Shown here piece after piece: positions 9,511 to 16,481 of a stretch of DNA of 64,000 nt (position 1 is the first letter of the stretch; each line of letters begins with the position of its first letter). The translations under genes and the position numbers were made by a program. Below the pieces are notes generated by a model. It was not told the DNA's origin, ran no database searches, and saw only the letters and a program-made list of their open reading frames with translations. The stretch is from Bacteroidota bacterium (GTDB taxonomy: Bacteria > Bacteroidota > Bacteroidia > Chitinophagales > Chitinophagaceae), in assembly GCA_023433265.1 (NCBI GenBank), contig JAEZDR010000064.1:65-64064 (forward strand), read 5' to 3'.

Positions 9511-9531
9511 ACCCCGGCGCGATGGCCGGGG
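9511..9531 (-). terminator. Intrinsic terminator of the rpsF-rpsR-rplI operon (also closes the convergent delta-60 gene)
   Basis: The hairpin is CCCCGGC-GCGAT-GCCGGGG. On the minus strand it is followed by TTTTTG, 20 nt after the rplI stop. Confidence 0.75.
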
Positions 9532-9553
9532 CTTCACTATCATAAAAGAGAAC

Positions 9554-10000
9554 TTACTCTCCTACCACTTCAAACTCCATCTCAGTAACGTTGTTGTTAC
9601 CAAAGTCGATGTTTGCTTTGTAAGTCCCTAGTTCTTTTACTTCGTCTACAATGCTGATGCGCTTGCGGTCGATCTCGTAACCTTTCTGGTCGCGGATAGC
9701 GCGGGCAATTTGAAGAGAGGTAACGCTACCGAAGATTTTACCGCTGGTACCTGTTTTAGCACCGATTTTAACGGGGCCTTCTTTGAGTACGCTGATAACG
9801 CTGTTGATCTCGGCCAGCATCTTAGCTTCTTTCTTTGCCTTTACTTTCTGGCGCTCTTCCAGTTGCTTTAGGTTGCCCGGATTAGCTTCTACCGCCATCT
9901 TCTTAGGAATAAGAAAGTTACGAGCGTAGCCATTCTTTACTGTTACCAGTTCGTTTGCTCCGCCCAGGTTATCTACATCCTGGATTAATATTACTTGCAT
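9554..10000 (-). CDS. rplI: 50S ribosomal protein L9
   Basis: The protein begins MQVILIQDVDNLGGANELVTVKNGYARNFLIPKKMA, a typical L9 N-terminus. The start was moved to the ATG at 10000, inside ORF 9554..10021. Confidence 0.9.
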   Translation of the reverse strand: MQVILIQDVDNLGGANELVTVKNGYARNFLIPKKMAVEANPGNLKQLEERQKVKAKKEAKMLAEINSVISVLKEGPVKIGAKTGTSGKIFGSVTSLQIARAIRDQKGYEIDRKRISIVDEVKELGTYKANIDFGNNNVTEMEFEVVGE

Positions 10001-10123
10001 GTTCTTGTTTTTAGTTCCCAAGAGCCCAGCTTTTGTTTGTGCTGTCTCCGCCGCGGCGGATTAGGGAATGGTGACTAATAGTGAATGGTGAATAGTTAGT
10101 ACTACTCAGCCATTCTGTCTTTT

Positions 10124-10390
10124 CTATTTCAACAAATCGGTTACGTAAGGTAACAGAGCCATCTGGCGAGCTTTTTTAATTGCGTCGCTTACTTTGCGCT
10201 GGTACTTAAGGCTGTTACCGCTTAAACGGCGAGGTAAAATTTTACCCTGCTCGTTGATGAACTTTTTCAAAAACTCAACGTCTTTGTAGTCCACGTAACG
10301 GATGCCATACTTCTTAAAGCGGCAGAATTTCTTCTTAGGCTTCTCAGCTTTGATAGCTGTAAGGTATTTGATTTCATTTGGTTTTGCCAT
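10124..10390 (-). CDS. rpsR: 30S ribosomal protein S18
   Basis: The 88-aa protein contains [45 protein letters not shown], which is the S18 signature. Confidence 0.9.
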   Translation of the reverse strand: MAKPNEIKYLTAIKAEKPKKKFCRFKKYGIRYVDYKDVEFLKKFINEQGKILPRRLSGNSLKYQRKVSDAIKKARQMALLPYVTDLLK

Positions 10391-10394
10391 GATC

Positions 10395-10751
10395 TTAAAC
10401 CTCCGCTACTTTTTCGATTCCTGTTGGTACGCCACTTCTCTTTTTTGCATTGTACTCGACGGCGTATTTATCGAGCTTGGTGAACATGTGACGCATAACC
10501 TGCTCGTCACGGAGCATCTGTACCTTAAACTTCTCATTGAAGCCGGATGGCGCCGAGTACTCAAGAACCCAGTAGATACCTGTGGTTTTCTTTTGTACAG
10601 GGTAGGCCAGTGATTTTAGTCCCCAGGGGTTACTGTGCGTGATGCCACCACCGTGTTCGGTAATGTAATCAGTGTATTTCTTTTGAACGGCTTTGAACTC
10701 GTCCTCAGAAAGCACAGGGGTAAAAATCACCATCAATTCGTAATTGTTCAT
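10395..10751 (-). CDS. rpsF: 30S ribosomal protein S6
   Basis: The protein begins [19 protein letters not shown], a typical S6 N-terminus. It lies immediately upstream of rpsR. Confidence 0.9.
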   Translation of the reverse strand: MNNYELMVIFTPVLSEDEFKAVQKKYTDYITEHGGGITHSNPWGLKSLAYPVQKKTTGIYWVLEYSAPSGFNEKFKVQMLRDEQVMRHMFTKLDKYAVEYNAKKRSGVPTGIEKVAEV

Positions 10752-10892
10752 GATCCCTGTTTTGTTTGTTTAAAAAATAATTGGGGTGCAAAAGTAAGGA
10801 AAAACAGGCGTTTAGCAATAGCTATTCGCGGCGCTAAGGCTGCGAGTTCGTTAAAACTGGCGGATTGCAAGCCAGGCTCCCATAGGAGGAGA

Positions 10893-10900
10893 CAAAACTA
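10893..10900 (-). promoter_or_regulatory. Candidate -7 promoter box TAGTTTTG for the rpsF operon
   Basis: On the minus strand it is a perfect TAnnTTTG match. It implies a 5' UTR of roughly 135 nt. Confidence 0.35.
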
Positions 10901-10960
10901 GGTTCCGGAAGGAAAACAACTGCCGGTAGAGCGGAAAAATTATCATTCTAAACCTATTTG

Positions 10961-11083
10961 CAACGCTATATTAACGCTATATCCTCCCAGTTGCTATGCT
11001 TTTGCTACGGAGTTAGACCGCTACAGAGTCGCTATAGAGTCGCTACAGAATCGCTGCAGCACCGCTACAGCCCGCTACACATA
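10961..11083. repeat. 11-bp phased tandem array of (C/T)GCTA(C/T)A motifs (core unit CGCTACAGAGT)
   Basis: GCTA/GCTG cores start at 10965, 10976, 10993, 11004, 11020, 11031, 11042, 11053, 11064 and 11074. The last six are contiguous with spacings of 11, 11, 11, 11 and 10. Confidence 0.85.
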
Positions 11084-11197
11084 CCTTGCTTTAGGGATGT
11101 ACCTTGGGCCTTGGCCTAAATGTGGCAAGTAATTGAATCTTAACCACCCACTAACTAAATATGTTGAGCCGGGGGCGTCAGAAGTAAAAAAGCATAT

Positions 11198-11878
11198 ATG
11201 AAAAAACTAATACTCTCCTTTTTCGCATTAGCAATAGTTACCATCTATTCTTGCAGCGGACTGAAAAATATGGCCTATAGCCTGACCGAAAAGGATGCGG
11301 CAGCGGCCATCAGGCAACTGTTGCAGTTTGGATCGAGGGAGGGTTTAGACCCCTCTGCCTTTAGCAGGCAGGCTTTGATGCAAAGGATTATTCCCGGTGA
11401 ACTGCAAACCCCCGTACGGCTTCTTCAAACTGTTGGGCTTACGGGCGAGCTGGACAAAATGATGGGCACGGTGGAAACTGCAGCTACCAAGACTGCTGAG
11501 CGGTCGATTCCCATCTTTGAACAGACCATCACCCGGATGAATATCCATGATGCCATGCGGCTGGTGAAGCAAGGGGGCACCTCGGCAACTGACTACCTGA
11601 GGATGCATGCGGGCGATAGCTTAAGAAGGGCCATCCAACCTGTTATGCAGGAAGCACTTGCCACATATAAGGCCGACAAATATTGGGAAGCAGTAAAAAA
11701 GCCTTTACAAAGTGTATTAGGCAGCAACTTCAATCCTGATTTAGCAACCATTATGTCGGCATTCGTGACCGAGGTAATGTTTAATAAGATAGCGGAAAAA
11801 GAAAAACAGGTAAGGGCCGATGCTTCAGCCAGGCAAACCGAGCTGTTGCAAAAGGTGTTTTCGAAGGATTGGAATTAG
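11198..11878 (+). CDS. Lipoprotein resembling the DUF4197 family
   Basis: It has a lipobox (TIYSCSG). It is an alpha-helical protein of about 225 aa, with LTEKDAAAAIRQLL...NIHDAMRLVKQGGTSATDYLR resembling the DUF4197 pattern as I recall it. No search was run. Confidence 0.5.
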   Translation: MKKLILSFFALAIVTIYSCSGLKNMAYSLTEKDAAAAIRQLLQFGSREGLDPSAFSRQALMQRIIPGELQTPVRLLQTVGLTGELDKMMGTVETAATKTAERSIPIFEQTITRMNIHDAMRLVKQGGTSATDYLRMHAGDSLRRAIQPVMQEALATYKADKYWEAVKKPLQSVLGSNFNPDLATIMSAFVTEVMFNKIAEKEKQVRADASARQTELLQKVFSKDWN

Positions 11879-11971
11879 GGATAAAGTTTGGCAACCAACA
11901 GAAACGCAAGGGACGCCATAGATTGTAAGTATGTATTCTAGATAGATGTGTGACTGGTCTCCAGGGATATA

Positions 11972-12703
11972 TTAAGGGCGCTGCGTATTGCAGGATGTCT
12001 CAGACACTTGCTTCCTCCACTTTTTAAAAATCCGTAGTTCTTGGGGGGACAGCGTGTCTGCCACATGAATCACCCGCTCCGACGAAACATGCTGATCTGA
12101 CGGGGTTGGCAGGACATCATATCCCCATACGGGACAGGTTGCTGTTTCTTCGGATCCTTCAAATAGCTTCAATACATTTTTCTTTTGATCGCATCTTAAA
12201 TAAAATACGCTGTAAGCACCGCGAGGGTCTCCATTGGTTATTCTAATCCGCTTATAAACTATCCCTTCAATTGAAGTATCAGGCATTGGGTAGTATGGGT
12301 CTTTAAATATCTCTGGTTTTTTAAACGAAAACCAAACTAGTTCTTCGCCAACTTCATCAGCATGAAATGTCTTTATTAATGTGGTTGTATCGGAAAAACC
12401 AGAAAACTTGTAAAAACACAAAGTTCTTAGATCAAGCAAGTAAGAATTAGAAGGAACAGCTTTCAAACTGGTACTGTCGTGACCAAGATAAAAATTTTCT
12501 TCAACTAATGTACTATGGTTTTGAATGACAAAGCTATCCTGAGATAATGCAACAACCGTTACCGGCAGAGGCTTGTAAACCTTTTTCACAGGATCATAAA
12601 CAGACCTCTGGTATAGTACCTTGCCACAGTAGCTTTTGCCCTTTGTGGGTTCACAACCCACCAACAAGGAAAAGAATAGAATGATGGCCAAAAGCTTAAG
12701 CAT
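11972..12703 (-). CDS. Lipoprotein of unknown function, paralog A (243 aa)
   Basis: It has a signal peptide and lipobox (LLVGCEP). It is collinear with the 12868..13602 product, sharing DSFVIQN, PSNSY.(L/I)DLR..CF(Y/F)K(F/Y)S.FSDT.TL, FYLRCD, CP(V/I)W and W(R)KQ. Confidence 0.7.
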   Translation of the reverse strand: MLKLLAIILFFSLLVGCEPTKGKSYCGKVLYQRSVYDPVKKVYKPLPVTVVALSQDSFVIQNHSTLVEENFYLGHDSTSLKAVPSNSYLLDLRTLCFYKFSGFSDTTTLIKTFHADEVGEELVWFSFKKPEIFKDPYYPMPDTSIEGIVYKRIRITNGDPRGAYSVFYLRCDQKKNVLKLFEGSEETATCPVWGYDVLPTPSDQHVSSERVIHVADTLSPQELRIFKKWRKQVSETSCNTQRP

Positions 12704-12867
12704 TTTTCAAAATTGAGGATAAGAATTGGTTATAATTTGAAAGGCAGTTCAAGGGACTTATCTTATGCGTGAACAATATTGCTCAAGCACATGCTGGAGA
12801 GATAAGAGCGAAGAGAAGCGCTATATACCCGTACGGCAAATGCCAGGTAGGCTATACACTTCTGGCC

Positions 12868-13602
12868 TTATAGACAAGATATTTTTGCAATCTGCTTTCT
12901 CCATGTTGCAAAGATATTTTGTTCATGTTGCGAAAGAGAGTCCGCCATATGGATAAGTTGGATTGAAGGAACTGGCTTTTCCAGCTTTGCAGGCAGGTAA
13001 TCTCTTCGCCATATAGGGCAATCAAAAGTTGTAAGTGAACTAGCATACAACCCAAACATGCTACCTTTCATATCGCAGCGCAAATAAAAAATGCTTTCAG
13101 ATGTATTTGAACCTTCTGCTTTTTCTGTTGCTTTTATCCTTCTATATGACACGCCTAGGATAACAGTATCGGATAGAACATTGAGCTTTCCGATAGTCGA
13201 ATCAATTGAATTATTAAAAAAGGGCACCCAAACACCTTCAGCTTCTGCTTTAGAAATGGTGAAATCTCCCAACAAAGTGGCGGTATCGGAAAAGCTAGAA
13301 TACTTGAAAAAGCACATTGATCTTAAATCAATAATATACGAGTTTGAAGGAATTGCTGTCATTATGGTGCTATCTTTAAAATAGGAGACAATTTTTAGAA
13401 CTTGAGTATTTTGAATAACAAAACTGTCCTGATACAAGATTTCTAGAAATACAGGAATAGGCACATAATCTTTTTTAGTTATGTCATACCAACTTACTTG
13501 TGCCCGAATTTTCCCACAATTCACGGTCCTAGAGGAAGTGCAAGCCATAGGGCAGAGGACGATAAATACTAACAATGAAATTACTAAAGTTTGTTTGAAC
13601 AT
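12868..13602 (-). CDS. Lipoprotein of unknown function, paralog B (244 aa)
   Basis: It has a signal peptide (LLVFIVLCPMAC) and is a tandem paralog of 11972..12703. Confidence 0.7.
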   Translation of the reverse strand: MFKQTLVISLLVFIVLCPMACTSSRTVNCGKIRAQVSWYDITKKDYVPIPVFLEILYQDSFVIQNTQVLKIVSYFKDSTIMTAIPSNSYIIDLRSMCFFKYSSFSDTATLLGDFTISKAEAEGVWVPFFNNSIDSTIGKLNVLSDTVILGVSYRRIKATEKAEGSNTSESIFYLRCDMKGSMFGLYASSLTTFDCPIWRRDYLPAKLEKPVPSIQLIHMADSLSQHEQNIFATWRKQIAKISCL

Positions 13603-13666
13603 GCCTGAAACTAATTAACCAAGCGAAAGCTGTTTTTTTGATGCATTCACTCTCGATGATTGCCTT

Positions 13667-14734
13667 TTAAGGAAAAACTTCGTTGAATTTATATATATGG
13701 TAATTAGCAATTTTGACCGGTATTGGGCCAATGCGTGCTACTCCGCTAATATCAATCGTAGCAAATGGAGGAGTATGGTGGGTCGTCACGCCCGTTCGAG
13801 TCCAAGTGCAATCATAACCAACAATGGCATCCCCTAAAAAAGTGAACTCTGTAAAATGCCCTCCAAATACATCACTCTGCTTTTTCATCCCCCTAAATCT
13901 TAAAGTAGCGAAGCAATACCAAAGGTTTGATTGATTTCTTGCGAATTCCCAATCTAATTGTCTAACAACAGGGGTCTCCTCGTCTGGATCAACAGGAAAG
14001 CCTCCACCTGTGTCACCGCCATCAAGGTGATCTTTTTTAGTATTCTCGCAAAGGGTATATAAATATTCCCAGTTTTCCTCTGAATATAAATATATACCGT
14101 CCAAATAGTGGTGAGTCGTCGTTACCCAGTAGAAAGCGCGACAATTTGTCGTCGTTGCTTGATTAGTAATCCCTTCATCGTTAAGTCTTATACCTGAAGA
14201 AAAACTTGTTTCACTAATTTTTATGTCAGCCAAATTCAAAAATGAAACTTTGCCACTAATATCATGCTCGCCACTAAAATATCTTTCGAAAAATTGATCT
14301 GGCAGCACTGTTACCTCAGGGTTTTCAGGCAAAAATTGGGCAATATTGCATTTTCTTATGTTCCCAACTTTATCTAATATTACCAACAACGAGTTTATTG
14401 CTCCATGATTATGTTCAGAAACAAAGCCATCGCCAATACTTAGTATAGCAAGATGTTCGTCATCCCCAAGATTTTCAAATTTTACCTCATCTAAATTTGT
14501 AGAGCTTTGTATTGAAGCAATAACTTCAAATTTTTTTGGACTTTCCAAGCTTTTAATAGCAAACAAGTTGCGAAGTTGATCCTTAAAATTTTCTGGGCTA
14601 ATATTCTCGTAAGCAACTTCTGATTGTTCCTTGAGATTTGCCGTTTCTTTCTTACATTGAACAAAAAACAAAGCTAGGCTTAGCGACAGTAGCAGGTTAA
14701 ATTGTCGAGGAATCATGAAAAGCGATTTTTTCAA
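13667..14734 (-). CDS. Lipoprotein of unknown function (355 aa)
   Basis: It has a signal peptide and lipobox (LALFFVQCKK). I recognised no family motif. The sequence is AT-rich. Confidence 0.6.
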   Translation of the reverse strand: MKKSLFMIPRQFNLLLSLSLALFFVQCKKETANLKEQSEVAYENISPENFKDQLRNLFAIKSLESPKKFEVIASIQSSTNLDEVKFENLGDDEHLAILSIGDGFVSEHNHGAINSLLVILDKVGNIRKCNIAQFLPENPEVTVLPDQFFERYFSGEHDISGKVSFLNLADIKISETSFSSGIRLNDEGITNQATTTNCRAFYWVTTTHHYLDGIYLYSEENWEYLYTLCENTKKDHLDGGDTGGGFPVDPDEETPVVRQLDWEFARNQSNLWYCFATLRFRGMKKQSDVFGGHFTEFTFLGDAIVGYDCTWTRTGVTTHHTPPFATIDISGVARIGPIPVKIANYHIYKFNEVFP

Positions 14735-14817
14735 AGTTCCGTTGCAGCAGAAGTGACAACAAAAATAACCGATGATAATTTATCCGATTTTGCTATAACT
14801 TTAATAAAACTCACGCT

Positions 14818-15219
14818 ATGTACGGATACAAATTGAAGATGATCCGCGAACTAAGAAACTTGTCACAAGAATACATTGCCGAACAATGTTGCATTAAGCA
14901 GAATACATATTCCAAAATAGAAAGAGACGAGCAAAAGCTAACCGCTGAAATGTTGGACAAGTTATCTAGGGCATTAGGTGTTTCTCCGATGGATATCATG
15001 AATCAAGAGCCAACCCTTATTTCTTTCAATACGAAAAATGATACGTTAGCTGATAAACAGGAAAACAATACAAAGTTTGAATCTCATCTCTTGAAAGAAC
15101 TCGAGTTTAAGAATGCAGAAATTATGAGGTTGGAGCAGATACTACACCAATTGGTTGAAAACTGCCCAATTTGTGCGACAGCACTCGGAGCAAATGCTAT
15201 AGTCAAAAGCAAGTCGTAA
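14818..15219 (+). CDS. XRE-family helix-turn-helix transcriptional regulator
   Basis: The N-terminus KLKMIRELRNLSQEYIAEQCCIKQNTYSKIERDEQKLTAEMLDKLSRALGVSPMDI fits an HTH_3 pattern. It is divergent from the lipoprotein gene at 13667..14734. Confidence 0.75.
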   Translation: MYGYKLKMIRELRNLSQEYIAEQCCIKQNTYSKIERDEQKLTAEMLDKLSRALGVSPMDIMNQEPTLISFNTKNDTLADKQENNTKFESHLLKELEFKNAEIMRLEQILHQLVENCPICATALGANAIVKSKS

Positions 15220-15274
15220 GGTAACTTAATGGACTGGCACGGTTTTACCGGCCGTTTATTGTTAACCTAAAACA

Positions 15275-15514
15275 ATGAACATGAAAAACTTACCCGTATT
15301 GCTCCGTGCAAAGTATTTTGCCATGACCCTTTTTGCCCTGCTGGTGTCCTTTGTTGTGATGGCGCAGGAAGAAACCAAAAAGGTTGAGGTAGATATAGAT
15401 GCAGGGAAGGATGACACAGGCATGTTTGGATCGCCCTGGATATGGATTGTTGGGGTGGCCGTTTTTATCCTATTATTAGTGGCATTGATGCGCGGTGGCA
15501 GGCGCAGGGACTAG
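15275..15514 (+). CDS. Small membrane protein (79 aa; signal peptide plus C-terminal TM helix and RGGRRRD tail)
   Basis: It has two hydrophobic segments. A strong terminator follows directly. Confidence 0.5.
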   Translation: MNMKNLPVLLRAKYFAMTLFALLVSFVVMAQEETKKVEVDIDAGKDDTGMFGSPWIWIVGVAVFILLLVALMRGGRRRD

Positions 15515-15540
15515 TTGTTCCCCCGTTGACAGATATTGAG

Positions 15541-15570
15541 CGCTGCAAGGAATTGCAGCGTTTTTTTTTT
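15541..15570 (+). terminator. Intrinsic terminator
   Basis: The hairpin CGCTGCAA-GGAA-TTGCAGCG is followed by T10. Confidence 0.8.
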
Positions 15571-15611
15571 GCAAACAACTGTATACATAATATTGCAGAA
15601 ACGTTAGTGAC

Positions 15612-16028
15612 ATGTTGAGAAGCAGTTTACAGTCTATTTTATTAGTGCTATTGTTTGTTGGGGTAGGGTCTTGCAAGAAAGATTCATCACCCCGCCAGTT
15701 GCCAAACGAGATAAAAAATGGTAATTGGATAGTGAGTAGCTATATAGATAACGGGGTAAACGAAACCAACCACTTCACCGGCTATGCGTTTACCTTCACA
15801 GATCCGTCGACCGTTACTGCCCAAAATGGGACATCTACCGTAACCGGTACCTGGACGGCAGGGAAAGATGACAGCCATGAAAAGCTGGTGTTGTTATTTA
15901 CCACACCACCGTTCACTGAACTTAATGAAGACTGGAGAGCGCTGGAAATTAGTTCGACGCGACTAATGTTTAGTCATGTAAGCGGGGGATCGGGAGTAGC
16001 AGATTCGCTTACGTTTCAGCGGCAATAG
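15612..16028 (+). CDS. Lipoprotein of unknown function (138 aa)
   Basis: It has a lipobox (FVGVGSCKKD). I recognised no family. Confidence 0.55.
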   Translation: MLRSSLQSILLVLLFVGVGSCKKDSSPRQLPNEIKNGNWIVSSYIDNGVNETNHFTGYAFTFTDPSTVTAQNGTSTVTGTWTAGKDDSHEKLVLLFTTPPFTELNEDWRALEISSTRLMFSHVSGGSGVADSLTFQRQ

Positions 16029-16293
16029 GATTATAGGGTTAGTTACACCCTATTAAATTGTCGGGATCTTGCTTATCTGAGGTTTGTGCAGACAACGCGG
16101 TTGCTCGCAAGGTTTGAGGGCTCCCCTTTTCGTATCGCAATAATTTCTCTTTCGAAATGGAATGCCGGAGCGGACATTAGCGCAAAGATTTTGGTGTTCG
16201 CACCATGATAAATGGGCCCTTCCCAAGTTTTTATACAATGAATTTTCTACCATGGATAAAGAGATGGCGGGCGCCTGATTTTTTGTAAACCAA

Positions 16294-16322
16294 GACGCGT
16301 TTTATTATGCGTCATTTTTTTT
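16294..16322 (+). terminator. Orphan intrinsic terminator about 270 nt downstream of the nearest plus-strand gene
   Basis: The stem is GACGC-N10-GCGTC, followed by ATTTTTTTTT. Confidence 0.45.
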
Positions 16323-16481
16323 GCCGATAATGATTTTGTGATATCTTTAGCGACTCAACTGCCTGCTTTAAACCCGTTGGCCCTTTGTCCGCGATTTAAA
16401 ACACTCAGTTTATTTTCCAGCACTTGCAGAGTTCACTGACTGAACAGATCTTTTATTGCCAATTATTAACTAGAGTAAACG

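Noticed and set aside
4198-9535. The four-fold repeated GC hairpin as a CRISPR-like array or a REP/MITE family
   Set aside because: The copies are about 0.2-2.7 kb apart, with full-length genes between them. Each is attached to rplI-derived sequence. They are duplicated copies of one terminator, not a spacer-repeat array or an independent mobile element.
10302-10901. ORFs 10302..10613 and 10635..10901 on the plus strand
   Set aside because: They are antisense to rpsR/rpsF and to the rpsF leader. The ribosomal protein frames are unambiguous.
16053-16253. 66-aa minus-strand ORF in the gap upstream of the giant gene
   Set aside because: It has no signal, no motif and no plausible promoter or RBS context, and it is rich in Cys/Arg/His. 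I treated it as non-coding. The region is reported instead as a possible RNA or leader.
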